A stretch of DNA of 30,598 bases. It comes from Promethearchaeota archaeon (GTDB taxonomy: Archaea > Asgardarchaeota > Thorarchaeia > Thorarchaeales > Thorarchaeaceae). This document shows positions 17,226 to 27,505 of this stretch, piece by piece. The stretch covers positions 1-30,598 of the forward strand of contig WJMJ01000092.1 of NCBI GenBank assembly GCA_014728035.1, given 5' to 3'. The notes beneath the pieces were generated by a model. That model was not told the origin of the DNA. It saw only the letters and a program-made list of their open reading frames with translations, and did no database searches. Both the position numbers and the translations under genes were made by a program. Positions within the stretch are counted from its first letter, which is position 1, and each line of letters begins with the position of its first letter.

Positions 17226-17778
17226 GTTTTGGGTTGAAGTGTTGACAATGAATCCGCGTTCTGAAAAAGACTGTGATCATCTACGCATGCCACAGTCAGT
17301 TCCAAGAGGACTCCTTCGTTTTGCTATTCTTCGAATGATGATGGACAATGAGATGTCTGGTGCAGATGTCATGCAAAGTCTTAGTGAACGAAGTGGAGGT
17401 GAGTGGAGTCCGAGTCCTGGTTCCATTTATCCCTTACTTGGGTCTCTAGAGGATGAGGGTTTCATTGTAGAAGTTCGTACAGAGGGACGAAGCAGAATCT
17501 ACAGGGCTTCTGATGAAGGTGCCAAAAAGCTTCAGACTATGTTAGATAAGATAATTGACGTTGAAGAACGCGTACGAATTGGACGCATTATCTGGAGTAT
17601 CTTAATTGATTTAGATGACCGACTTGACCATCATATTCGTGCTATTCATGCTGCATTAGATTTGCTATTTGAAGAGATTCCGGACTTGAAGACGGACAAA
17701 AAATACTATCTTCTGGAAGAATTTGAGGAAATCTCTGAAAGAATAGAACAGATTCACACACAATTGGAGGAGAAGTAA
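17224..17778 (+). CDS. PadR family transcriptional regulator
   Basis: PRGLLRFAIL, W.PSPGSIYPLL..LEDEG.I and R.IY...G motifs. The true start may be ATG 17248 or 17287. Confidence 0.9.
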   Translation: MFWVEVLTMNPRSEKDCDHLRMPQSVPRGLLRFAILRMMMDNEMSGADVMQSLSERSGGEWSPSPGSIYPLLGSLEDEGFIVEVRTEGRSRIYRASDEGAKKLQTMLDKIIDVEERVRIGRIIWSILIDLDDRLDHHIRAIHAALDLLFEEIPDLKTDKKYYLLEEFEEISERIEQIHTQLEEK

Positions 17779-19626
17779 ATGACTGATAAAAAACAGAAGA
17801 GATACAAAAGTGCGTCAAACTATATGTTTCAAGGACTTGCAAAATCTCCCGGAGTAATATTTGGAGCTCTTATCCTTACCATAATCTCATCCATTCTTAC
17901 ACTATTTCCCAATGTTCTTCTTGGAGAAGCTATTGACGTCTTAGACACAGTTGGATTAGGTGAACGATTCAACATGATTGTTCTAGAAATAGTCTTGATT
18001 GGAGCTACCTATTTGGTTATGTATTTCATAGTAGGTTATGCTTGGGCTGTAGTTACGTTGAGATGGGAACGAGATGCCCGTCAGGAATTCTTTGAGATAT
18101 TACAAGAGAATAGCATGGCATTTCATGATGAGATAGATAGTAAAAAATTGCTTTCTGTTGCAATGCAAGATATTAATTGGGTCAGGTTCTCGCTGAATCC
18201 TGCATTACGTAACATTGTATTTGGTTTGTCCTCATTTGCGATAACGAGCATTCTCCTCATACAGATAGATTTTACAATTATTGTAAATCCTCCCTTCAAC
18301 CTATTTGGATTTCCACTTCATGTTTTCACCTACATAATGCTGTTTGGATCACCAATTTACCTCTTCTTTGCCTACAGATATGCTAATTCCATAGAACCTG
18401 TACGTAGAGCTAAATCTGAACAGATGGAAGAACTTACTTCAGTTTCACAGGGAGTATTCCGTGGAATCGAGGTAGTTCGAGCGTTTGGATCTGAAGATGT
18501 AGAAAAACAACGATTTGAAGATGTCAGTAAAACATACGAAAAGTTGGTTGCAAAAGAAGGAAGGTTGGCGGCATTCTATATTCCAGCTTTGATACTTGTT
18601 GCTATGACAACTATCTCTTTCTTCTATGGAAGCTACGCAGTTCTGGAAGGCTTTCTTTCAATCGGCAAAATGATTGAGATTCTTTCTCTATTAATCTCAC
18701 TTTCAGGATTCAACTTCATGCTTCCTAGGATGCTACTAGTACTTCGGGGTGGATATGTAAATGCGGGAAGAATAGTTGCAATTCTAAATTGGGAGGATCC
18801 CTTGGTAGAACCAATTGAAGAAGTTGAAGATATTGATTGGTCTGGTGATATCGTGTTTGAGAATGTAAGCTTCACATATAATAACAATGGCAACGAGAGA
18901 GTACATTATGCACTAAAAGACTTCAGCATAACCATACCTGGTGGTTCTCGTGTGGCACTCATAGGAGGACCTGGAGGTGGAAAGAGTACCATTTTGAAAT
19001 TGCTTCTACGTTTCTATGATCCAACAGAGGGTTGCGTTAGTGTTGGAGGAACAGACTTACGCAGTATCCAAACTGAAACGATTCGAGATAATGTCGGATT
19101 AGTGGAACAAGATATCTTTCTCTTTCGAATGTCTATAAAAGATAACATTGCATTTGGACGAAAAGATGCCACTGATGAAGAGATTGCAAAAGCAGCTCAG
19201 CGAGCACAAGCTGAGGAATTCATTCTAGACCTTGAAGAAACTTATGACTCAAAAATTGGAGAACGAGGCATGACGCTAAGTGGTGGTCAACGCCAAAGAC
19301 TTGCAATTGCAAGGGCTCTCATTCAGGATCCGGAAATTCTATTGCTTGATGACTCAGTCAGTGCTGTTGACGCTCAGACTGAGTTTCTGATGCGGAAAGC
19401 ACTTTCTGAAGTCATGGTGAATCGAACTAGTATTACTGTTACACAGAGGTTGAGAACACTGTTAGAATCCGATTTAGTAATAATTGTAGATAAAGGAAAA
19501 CTCATTGCGGCTGGAAGTCATGAAGAGCTTCTTCGCACATCCCGACACTACCGACAAATATTTCGAAGATTACCTGGTGCTGAGCAAGTCTTAGAATCTG
19601 TTGCCTATGAAGGAGGTGTTGCTTAA
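17779..19626 (+). CDS. ABC exporter half-transporter (TMD-NBD), degenerate Walker B/H-loop subunit
   Basis: TM domain; Walker A GGPGGGKST, signature LSGGQRQR, Walker B LLLDD (E to D), switch TQR (H to Q). Confidence 0.92.
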   Translation: MTDKKQKRYKSASNYMFQGLAKSPGVIFGALILTIISSILTLFPNVLLGEAIDVLDTVGLGERFNMIVLEIVLIGATYLVMYFIVGYAWAVVTLRWERDARQEFFEILQENSMAFHDEIDSKKLLSVAMQDINWVRFSLNPALRNIVFGLSSFAITSILLIQIDFTIIVNPPFNLFGFPLHVFTYIMLFGSPIYLFFAYRYANSIEPVRRAKSEQMEELTSVSQGVFRGIEVVRAFGSEDVEKQRFEDVSKTYEKLVAKEGRLAAFYIPALILVAMTTISFFYGSYAVLEGFLSIGKMIEILSLLISLSGFNFMLPRMLLVLRGGYVNAGRIVAILNWEDPLVEPIEEVEDIDWSGDIVFENVSFTYNNNGNERVHYALKDFSITIPGGSRVALIGGPGGGKSTILKLLLRFYDPTEGCVSVGGTDLRSIQTETIRDNVGLVEQDIFLFRMSIKDNIAFGRKDATDEEIAKAAQRAQAEEFILDLEETYDSKIGERGMTLSGGQRQRLAIARALIQDPEILLLDDSVSAVDAQTEFLMRKALSEVMVNRTSITVTQRLRTLLESDLVIIVDKGKLIAAGSHEELLRTSRHYRQIFRRLPGAEQVLESVAYEGGVA

Positions 19627-21608
19627 TGGGGCATAGAGGACCTAGAGGCCTCGTCGGTGAAAAACAGAAGAGAAGCCGTCCAGTGGGCACATTACTTCGT
19701 AGAATGTTTGGTTATCTTGGAAAGTTTCGAAAACTTGTAGCTGCTGGTGCAGTATTATCCCTGATTGGAACCTTTGTTAATCTACTGAGTCCAATAATTC
19801 TTCGAGATGGGCTCAATCTTTTGGGTCTTGAAGGAAGTACAATACTTGCAGTGTTTTATCTTGTCATATTCTATCTCACACTGAGAATTTTTGGATGGCT
19901 CTTTAATGGAGGATATACATGGATTCTTGCAGGAGCACAAGCTGGATTTGTACAGAAGATTCAGAAAGATGTTTACGACCATCTTATAGATGCAGACTTA
20001 TCCTATCATAAATCAGAACAATCAGGAGACGTAACATCACGAGTAACATCAGATACGGATTCCCTTGGAATTGGTATTCAAGTTATCATCGATGTCGGCA
20101 GTCAGCTCACACTCTTGATAGGCACATTCATTGTACTCATCTTGATATCTCCAACTATTGCATTCACTTCGTTAATCGTTGTACCTGGAGTTATTTTCAT
20201 AGCTGTACTCTTTGGCACAGTGGGTCAAAGAATAATGCTTGCTAGCAGGAGAGCTTATGGAAAAGTGTCCGGACAGATTGCAGAGAATCTATCTGGAGTA
20301 CATATTGCAAAGGCTTTCAATCGTGAGGAAGAAATTGCTGAACAGATGTTAGAACTGAATGAGAAAGCCTACAAACATGGCTTTAGATTCATGATTTTAA
20401 TGAGTGCTCTACAACCACTTGTTCGATCAATGGGAATCTTTGCTGTAGCAGCTATCTTGTTTGTTGGTGGCTCATTAGTAGCTGGTACTGCAGCTATTCT
20501 TACAACTGCAGACCTATTCTTAGGAGTTATTTTGTTAAGCAACTTCATGTGGCCATTGCTATCGATTGCTATGATGGCTTCACAGGTACAAGCGTCCTTA
20601 GCTGCCATGGACCGAATTTCTGATGTTATCGAAGCAGAACCAGCAATTGCTGACACTCCTGAATCTGTACCACTTCTCGATGAGAGTGATGGTATCAAAT
20701 TCTGTGATGTCACTTTTTCCTATGTGGAAGACACTCCTGTGTTAAAGAACATTGATTTTCACATAGAAGCTGGTGAAACCGTTGCATTAGTTGGCCATAC
20801 TGGGGCAGGAAAAACTACCATTGCAGCTCTGATAAATCGATTTTATGATCCTGACTCTGGATGCATCAAGATTGGTGACCAAGACTTGCGAGATATCAAG
20901 CTTGAGTCATTACATAGCAATCTCTCCCTTATACCTCAGATACCTTACCTTTTTGACGGGACAATCATAGAGAATATCCGATATGGAAACTCATCAGCGA
21001 CCGATGAAGAGATTTTTGAGATCTGTCGGCTTATAGGCGCTGATGATTTCATTGATGTACTTGCTGAGGGATATGATACCTACATCATAGAGGATGGAAA
21101 GAATCTCAGTGCAGGACAGAAACAGATGATAACAATTGCTCGGACTATGTTGGCTAATCCGAAAATATTGATACTTGATGAGGCAACAAGCAGACTCGAT
21201 GCATACAGTGAATCATTGGTTCAGGAAGCACAAGAAAAGCTCTTTGCAGGTCGAACCACCATTGTAATTGCTCACCGTCTTACCACGATTGCTAATGCCT
21301 CTCGTATTTTTGTATTTGAACAGGGTGAATTAATTGAACAAGGCACCCACGAGGAGTTGTTAGCTTATGGTGGAGTCTTTAAAAATCTCTATGATACATA
21401 TTATGCACATCAAGGAATCACTGAGATTTCCGAGGATATTGCGAGTGTTGCTTCCCTTGAAGTTTCAAGGAGTGCATCATCAAAAAGTAGCTCGGTTGAT
21501 TTACCTCCTGAGGCAATTGCACGAATGAAACAGATGGGAATGGATCCAGAAGACATTCCTCCAGAAATGATGGAAAAAATTCGTGAACGTATCCGTTCAG
21601 GAAGTTAA
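19626..21608 (+). CDS. ABC exporter half-transporter (TMD-NBD), catalytic Walker B/H-loop subunit
   Basis: GHTGAGKTT, LSAGQKQ, ILDEATS and AHR motifs; TAATG overlap with the preceding gene. Confidence 0.92.
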   Translation: MGHRGPRGLVGEKQKRSRPVGTLLRRMFGYLGKFRKLVAAGAVLSLIGTFVNLLSPIILRDGLNLLGLEGSTILAVFYLVIFYLTLRIFGWLFNGGYTWILAGAQAGFVQKIQKDVYDHLIDADLSYHKSEQSGDVTSRVTSDTDSLGIGIQVIIDVGSQLTLLIGTFIVLILISPTIAFTSLIVVPGVIFIAVLFGTVGQRIMLASRRAYGKVSGQIAENLSGVHIAKAFNREEEIAEQMLELNEKAYKHGFRFMILMSALQPLVRSMGIFAVAAILFVGGSLVAGTAAILTTADLFLGVILLSNFMWPLLSIAMMASQVQASLAAMDRISDVIEAEPAIADTPESVPLLDESDGIKFCDVTFSYVEDTPVLKNIDFHIEAGETVALVGHTGAGKTTIAALINRFYDPDSGCIKIGDQDLRDIKLESLHSNLSLIPQIPYLFDGTIIENIRYGNSSATDEEIFEICRLIGADDFIDVLAEGYDTYIIEDGKNLSAGQKQMITIARTMLANPKILILDEATSRLDAYSESLVQEAQEKLFAGRTTIVIAHRLTTIANASRIFVFEQGELIEQGTHEELLAYGGVFKNLYDTYYAHQGITEISEDIASVASLEVSRSASSKSSSVDLPPEAIARMKQMGMDPEDIPPEMMEKIRERIRSGS

Positions 21609-21616
21609 TGAATGAT

Positions 21617-21637
21617 AGAGGAGTATGCTACTCCTCT
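21617..21637. terminator. Hairpin between convergent genes
   Basis: AGAGGAGTA-TGC-TACTCCTCT, a 9-bp perfect stem. Confidence 0.55.
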
Positions 21638-22470
21638 CATTTTAACTCGGTACCAGCTTCTAGATTGGCACATTCTTCACATGCTTTATTTATCCCTAGA
21701 CTAATTAGAAGATATGATTGTGCTCCCAGAACCGAAGTGATTGTCATCATAATCAGGTCTGTTGTCCACCATGCAAGGAGACTTTGACAAGAGATAAGGA
21801 TGAGTGCAATTGTGATATGTGCTAATTGTTTTGCAATACTTCCCCGTTTTAATGCAAGAACCGCAAAAGCAAGGGTAATACTTAGAGATGTGAATCCACC
21901 AGTCGTTATCATCATTCTAATGATTCTGGATATTGATTCTAATCCGGATATCGGTACCAATGATAAACCTAGAAATGCAGAAGCAAGTGATATTACAATG
22001 AGGAATATTCTTTCAGTTTGTTTCATGTGATTCAATACACTATTGACAGACCTTGCATATCCCACAATTCCAAAAACCAAGATTACGAGTATGGCAACCA
22101 AAGTGCTACTCACCGTGTACTGGAATACATCTTCCGTAGGATTGAGAATTGCGCCAGTACGAGCGATGTCAACCAGAGCAAATAGAATCAATGCAATACT
22201 CAAAGCGAGATTCATAAGATGATATGGGTCTTCTCGGAGCAAACCATCTTGAGATATTACATATAAACTCCATAAACCTAGAATTGTTGCAAGACAGGCA
22301 CTGAAACCACTAAGTGTTGCTGTGGAGAATATTGAAGGCCCAAATGTAATGGTGGCAACTGTGAATCCGAGAATGATAACAGCAACTATTGTCGAGATAA
22401 TTACCAATGAAGAACCTAAAGACCTTCCTTCACTATCGGACATCGTATAACAATCACTCGTTTCAATCAT
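21637..22470 (-). CDS. Hypothetical polytopic membrane protein (7-8 TM)
   Basis: Repeated hydrophobic helices; 21 nt downstream of the longin-like gene on the same strand. The start may be ATG 22443. Confidence 0.75.
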   Translation of the reverse strand: MIETSDCYTMSDSEGRSLGSSLVIISTIVAVIILGFTVATITFGPSIFSTATLSGFSACLATILGLWSLYVISQDGLLREDPYHLMNLALSIALILFALVDIARTGAILNPTEDVFQYTVSSTLVAILVILVFGIVGYARSVNSVLNHMKQTERIFLIVISLASAFLGLSLVPISGLESISRIIRMMITTGGFTSLSITLAFAVLALKRGSIAKQLAHITIALILISCQSLLAWWTTDLIMMTITSVLGAQSYLLISLGINKACEECANLEAGTELK

Positions 22471-22491
22471 GCAATTTGTGTGTTTTGTTCT

Positions 22492-23691
22492 TCAACCATA
22501 GACAAATAGCTTTTCCCATTCGATTTCAAATGCCACACTTGGAAATCTTTTTTGAGTCACTCTTTTTGTCTTGATGACTGATGTGTTTGTGGGGGAATTA
22601 CCAATACAGCATGAGTATTCTGCCGCTATTCGCTGAAGGATTCGTATTAGGCCTCGTTTCAGAGTTTCAGGAGATAATTGACCGCGTATTGAGGCAGCCA
22701 TCAATGAACCTTTAATCTCCACATCAACTCTATCTTCCAGAACAATGTAGCTAATCCAAGGATAATCTGATAATAGCGACTTTCTAACTGTGTAGAACAT
22801 CGCTCTGACAAGACGATATCCAATTATCTTTGCTCCCATTTCTAGTAAGGTTTCCAATGTGGAACAATGTAAAATCAACATGGCTTGTGCTGGAGACACC
22901 CGTTCAATGGCTCTTCTTCTTGCCAGTAGTTCAATCTCTTTGAGAAATTCTTTCATATCAGATGTTTTCGTTCGCTCAGCTGCTATAATCAACGGGGTTT
23001 CTCCATCAAGAGCTCCTAATGCTCTAGAAGCAACCGGTGACACATCTATAAGGCTATCTCCAGTATGAAATCTAGATGTAGTCTGAAATATGTCATCTGG
23101 TTTTACTTGACTACGAATATTGATACTCTTTTCCCATAGAGCTTCTGCTGTAAGATTCATCACTAAAGCAAGGGGCATTTCGAGAAAGTCTGCAGCGTCT
23201 TGGACTGTGCATACATCTGGAATAAGGCGGAGCATACTCTTCACATCGGCATTTTTTGAGAATATATCCCAATCTCTATTGACGTATATCACCGTGTCTG
23301 GTGTGATGAGGTCTCGAATAAACTCCTCTATGACGACTTTTTCAAATCTTTTGTAAATCGCCAGATCAAGGTCTACCCATTGTAGGATGTTGAACTGTTT
23401 CTCGAATTTGTCGATTATTCGCTTTACCTTTGCTCTCATCTCTGCGGTGTCTTCAATCACTGCGAGAGCTCCGAGAGTCCATTCGCCGAACTCAACTATA
23501 ATCTTGTAATCTGTACCTTCAAAAGCGCGTGCTTGTGAGGTAAGAGAATGAGTTGCCTCATCAAAAAACGAAGTCATTGCAACTATAAAGGACGAGATTA
23601 ACTGCGGGTCAAATATACTATGAGTAAAGTCGTGATGATACATGCAAACACCAGTATCTCGTTTGATGATGTACAGACTCTTTACTTCCAT
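22492..23691 (-). CDS. Longin-domain protein with tandem winged-helix-like domains (NPRL2-like architecture)
   Basis: The N-terminal 'SLYII..TGVCMY..F....DPQLISSFI.AM..F..E' pattern is typical of Asgard longin domains; two segments of the form L..I/LDG..TV..AA...L..L follow. Confidence 0.7.
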   Translation of the reverse strand: MEVKSLYIIKRDTGVCMYHHDFTHSIFDPQLISSFIVAMTSFFDEATHSLTSQARAFEGTDYKIIVEFGEWTLGALAVIEDTAEMRAKVKRIIDKFEKQFNILQWVDLDLAIYKRFEKVVIEEFIRDLITPDTVIYVNRDWDIFSKNADVKSMLRLIPDVCTVQDAADFLEMPLALVMNLTAEALWEKSINIRSQVKPDDIFQTTSRFHTGDSLIDVSPVASRALGALDGETPLIIAAERTKTSDMKEFLKEIELLARRRAIERVSPAQAMLILHCSTLETLLEMGAKIIGYRLVRAMFYTVRKSLLSDYPWISYIVLEDRVDVEIKGSLMAASIRGQLSPETLKRGLIRILQRIAAEYSCCIGNSPTNTSVIKTKRVTQKRFPSVAFEIEWEKLFVYG

Positions 23692-23851
23692 ACTCTAATC
23701 CTCAGTTGAATTTTGGAACGTTGCGATAAAGGGGTAGACGGCACCTATCCTTGAGATGAATTTGGTATTCCTGCATTTAGAACTTATCTCGATATATGCC
23801 GCCATTTGTCATTCGCTAAATCCTATAAGCACTTGGGAGTGAATTGACATT

Positions 23852-24457
23852 ATGTCCACTGATACCACACCCCGTTGTCCTATCTGTACTGAAGGAACGC
23901 TAACTGTCAAATCTATGTTGTATAGTGTTCCGTTTTTCAACGAACTCGCGATGTTTATGATGGTGTGCTCTAGCTGCAATTTCACACATAATGATATTTT
24001 TTCAGCAGAGAGCTACGAACCAACAAGATGGACTCTTCGTGTGACAAAACCCAGTATGCTCAATATTCGTATTGTACGTTCCAGCTCTGGCACCATTCGC
24101 ATTCCCGACTTTGGTATCGACGTGGAACCTGGTCCTGCAGCTGAGTCTTTTATCACCAATGTCGAAGGATTACTCTACAGGATTCGACCTGTGGTAGAGA
24201 GTGCTATTCGATTTGCTGAAGAGGATGCAGCAAAAAAACGTGGGAATGAAGTGCTTGAGAATATTCTATCTGCTATTAGAGGTGAATTGGAATTCACTCT
24301 GATAATTGAGGATCCCTCTGGAGTGAGCGGCATTCTTCCTGAAGATCTCACTCTTGTAAAACGAGAGGTCATTCCCCAACAAGAAGCTGCTCAACTAAAA
24401 GGAGCTCCAATGTGGGTCGACAACATTCGTGAGGAAGTGCAAGAGCGTAAGGATTAA
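23852..24457 (+). CDS. ZPR1 zinc finger domain protein
   Basis: CPIC...VPFF....C..C, VRSSSGTIRIP..G..VEPGP....FITNVEGLL and FTLIIEDPSG motifs. Confidence 0.92.
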   Translation: MSTDTTPRCPICTEGTLTVKSMLYSVPFFNELAMFMMVCSSCNFTHNDIFSAESYEPTRWTLRVTKPSMLNIRIVRSSSGTIRIPDFGIDVEPGPAAESFITNVEGLLYRIRPVVESAIRFAEEDAAKKRGNEVLENILSAIRGELEFTLIIEDPSGVSGILPEDLTLVKREVIPQQEAAQLKGAPMWVDNIREEVQERKD

Positions 24458-24514
24458 AACTACTTCTTGTTGTGATTCACTTGTCGAGTATTCGGGTTAG
24501 TACTCATAATCGCA

Positions 24515-24530
24515 TGGGCCGGTAGGTTTG
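24515..24530 (+). repeat. Copy of the tRNA-Ala 5' end (candidate att site)
   Basis: TGGGCCGGTAG (24515-24525) is identical to 28050-28060; 14/16 identity when extended. Confidence 0.6.
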
Positions 24531-24883
24531 GTCTATAGAATTTTAATCGAAAGTTTAATTAAGATATTAGGGCATCCAACAACTGCTATTGCTGACTGGT
24601 GGGACTAGAAAGAACTGTGTATTTCACCCGTCAAAGATTTTTATCGAACATTAGGACAGGAAGCTCAATATTTAACAATGGGTTATTCAATCCTGATCTC
24701 ATAATCCCCTTTCTTTTGTTTTGGGGCACCAATAATTCACTAATTGATATTCATCCTATCTTACCCTTTTCTTGTAATATTCAAGTGATAAGTGGTATAG
24801 AAATGAAAAAACTAGGAACATTTCATTATTTCTTGGTTGAGATTGGATACACGGTCTGAGGTTATTAATAAGTGGTGGTTACA

Positions 24884-27505
24884 ATGCATCGAATAAAACA
24901 TCCGACAAAGATTTTGAATATAATAGTTCTATTTGTGTTGATTCTTCCATCAATATGTTCGATGGTATCAGCTTCAGACCAAAAATCTACTGGTACATCT
25001 CTTCCAAACTATATATTGAAGTGTTATGATGGTCAAGGATTTGCTGACTATCCGGGAGGTTCCTCCACACTTGAATCAACATTAAATGCCGTGAAACTAA
25101 TGAGTTATGTATCTGACCCTATACCACGGAAATATTGGATGCATATTGAACATATTGTTGAAAAATACAAAAATATGCAAAGTCCTTTTCGTGGGGGTTT
25201 TGTTGATGGAGATATCTTATCCAACTCACCCGACTTTAGAACATCTGCTTTGATTATCGAAACTTTGAATCTCCTAAATCGGATTCATGAAATCAATATA
25301 AGTTGGGTTCAAAGGTATATTCTCTCATCATTTCATGAATCCCTTAGTTACGATAGATGGTTTACTGAGGGTGATTTAGAACAAAAATACTGGGCACTTC
25401 GAACTGCATTTGCCATCAATAATGTATCGTTATTAGGAATAAGACCAATTTCTCTGAATGATGTATTTCCAACAATAAATACTCGGAATAACTATCCCGA
25501 GGATGAAATATACCTTGCACTAGGAGAACATTATTTCGAAACGGAAAATACTGGTACATTCTCTAAACAAGGTTATGAGACACAATTACGAATGATTGAA
25601 ACTATATCTATGATGATCGATGACAAAACTCATCAAACAACATTGTTTCCTCTTCTGATTGACACAGAGAATACAGTTCGGATATTGACCGAGTCTTTAG
25701 ATTCTTCAGATGGGTTGAAGCATAGTTCTGATCTTCTTTCAATTTCAGCAAGCACAAAAATCTATAGGGCTCTTTCGTATCTAGGAATGGTCTATACTCC
25801 TTTCAGGGATGAATTCGGATTACACCGTGCATTATGTGCGATTCAAGAGGTAAAGAAACAGAAGAATCTCGAGACCCAATCTCAAAAAACCAACAATATG
25901 CGATTATCTGATTTGATATCGTTGAATACAATCGAAGAAATATTACTAGATTCATTCAATGGTGAAATACTCCTGTACGAACCTGTAATACTTGTGAATA
26001 ACGACCGCACTCCTTCTTTCTTATATATTTCCCAGTGGAAGGATATCCGAAAAGTACCATTAGTAGTTCCTCCCGAATTTTTCCACGAGTGTTATGAAAC
26101 CACTAAGAGTGATTATTTAACCCTTCTGATTTCTACGAGCATAATCTGTTTTGGAATTGGAACTTTTCTGATAGGGATATCTGATAGGAAAAAAAAGCTA
26201 ATGCTGTTTTCATTTCTTGTTCTATTCTTATTCTCGATCCAATTGTGGGTGAATGTTAATCAGATTATACAGGATATTGAAAGTTCCACTATTCCATCTT
26301 CATCTTCGCAGAGGGTAAACTCCTTCAGAATCGAGGATAATACAGCAAGCAGGTTGTGTACTATTTACAAAGATGTACGATATCTCTCTCAAATTGCCGT
26401 AGACCTTTCTTCGCCGGAAGTAGAGAAAGTGTTCCATTCTTCAACAATCACTCCAGATGCAAAACCACTATCCTATGACCATAAAATTCGAATGCCTTTC
26501 AGTCCTAAGCTAAGAAATTTAGCACAATTCTTGAAGAATATGATTACTTGCGATTATTCCAAATCGCAAGATCTACAATCATCGCTTACATCAATTATTG
26601 AAAGAATCAACATAGATACAGGTTATTCCGAAATCTCTATTGACGGAATATCCCATGAAACTTCTATTGCTTGTTTGAAATCACTTAAAGATTTTCTTGA
26701 AACTTCAATACTTGATGATGAGGCATTAATATCAGTACTAGATGTCTTGGTGTCAACAAACAATCACTATATTGATTTAACAATTCTGGATGTTGAAATT
26801 GGCAAATGTATTGTTCTATTGTCAAATCTAATTGAGACAAATAATCTTGAACATAACATGAACTGTGAAATTATGGTTGATGATGAGATTGTTGATCATA
26901 TTACACATACACTGTTACAAGGTGGAATTGAGAACCCCTCTTCAGATGATATCGAAATGGCTTTGATTCTCTATGGACTTATGGTTGCAATGGAATACAA
27001 CTATGAAGGAACTGTTTCAATAACATATAGACCAGATGCATCTAGTCTTGAGGTAAAAACGGTCAGTGATAGCACCCATCTCAAATTCCTTAAAACAATA
27101 TTTCCAGATCCGTCCTTAGAGTCTGTGATCTCTCATAATATTCGTTCGCGTCTAGGTTCTAATCCGCTTCGATACTTAGGTGACATCAGTGTAGAGCTTC
27201 TGCAACGCAATGGGTTTTCTGAAATATTATCAACAGTATATCCTGATTATATTCTTAGACGAGTTTGTGCAATGTTGTATCAAAGCATTGGTCTTTCTCT
27301 TCCTGAGAGGGGGGATCATTTTCGAATGAATGATGATACATCTGTTACCTCGTACATTATGCAAAAGTCTAGAGAATTGATGAAAAATCCTGATTTCGAT
27401 TTTAGCACATCCCATTTCAATGTCCTACTAGAATCAATACCGACAGCTCTCGCTATTTTCAATGATTACATAAAAACGAAAGGTGGACGACATCAGAGAG
27501 GTTGA
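24884..27505 (+). CDS. Large membrane protein: signal peptide, prenyltransferase/squalene-cyclase-like repeats, 2 TM helices, unknown C-terminal domain
   Basis: GQGFADYPGGSSTLESTLNAVKLM and GGFVDG...PDFRTSALIIETLNLL resemble prenyltransferase repeats; TM pair at about 26115-26250. ATG 24884 follows GGTGG. Confidence 0.7.
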   Translation: MHRIKHPTKILNIIVLFVLILPSICSMVSASDQKSTGTSLPNYILKCYDGQGFADYPGGSSTLESTLNAVKLMSYVSDPIPRKYWMHIEHIVEKYKNMQSPFRGGFVDGDILSNSPDFRTSALIIETLNLLNRIHEINISWVQRYILSSFHESLSYDRWFTEGDLEQKYWALRTAFAINNVSLLGIRPISLNDVFPTINTRNNYPEDEIYLALGEHYFETENTGTFSKQGYETQLRMIETISMMIDDKTHQTTLFPLLIDTENTVRILTESLDSSDGLKHSSDLLSISASTKIYRALSYLGMVYTPFRDEFGLHRALCAIQEVKKQKNLETQSQKTNNMRLSDLISLNTIEEILLDSFNGEILLYEPVILVNNDRTPSFLYISQWKDIRKVPLVVPPEFFHECYETTKSDYLTLLISTSIICFGIGTFLIGISDRKKKLMLFSFLVLFLFSIQLWVNVNQIIQDIESSTIPSSSSQRVNSFRIEDNTASRLCTIYKDVRYLSQIAVDLSSPEVEKVFHSSTITPDAKPLSYDHKIRMPFSPKLRNLAQFLKNMITCDYSKSQDLQSSLTSIIERINIDTGYSEISIDGISHETSIACLKSLKDFLETSILDDEALISVLDVLVSTNNHYIDLTILDVEIGKCIVLLSNLIETNNLEHNMNCEIMVDDEIVDHITHTLLQGGIENPSSDDIEMALILYGLMVAMEYNYEGTVSITYRPDASSLEVKTVSDSTHLKFLKTIFPDPSLESVISHNIRSRLGSNPLRYLGDISVELLQRNGFSEILSTVYPDYILRRVCAMLYQSIGLSLPERGDHFRMNDDTSVTSYIMQKSRELMKNPDFDFSTSHFNVLLESIPTALAIFNDYIKTKGGRHQRG

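Noticed and set aside
21637-22470. Possible rhodopsin or GPCR-like identity of the multi-TM protein
   Set aside because: No retinal-binding Lys motif within the last helix and no recognisable family signature.
24516-24600. Second tRNA or split-tRNA half starting GGGCCGGTAG
   Set aside because: No AG...GG D-loop, anticodon arm or T arm, and no obvious leader complementary to the tRNA locus. Treated only as a repeat.
24599-24859. 86-aa ORF inside the islet
   Set aside because: No motif, AT-rich, GTG start, and composition like non-coding sequence; I also saw no integrase remnant on either strand.
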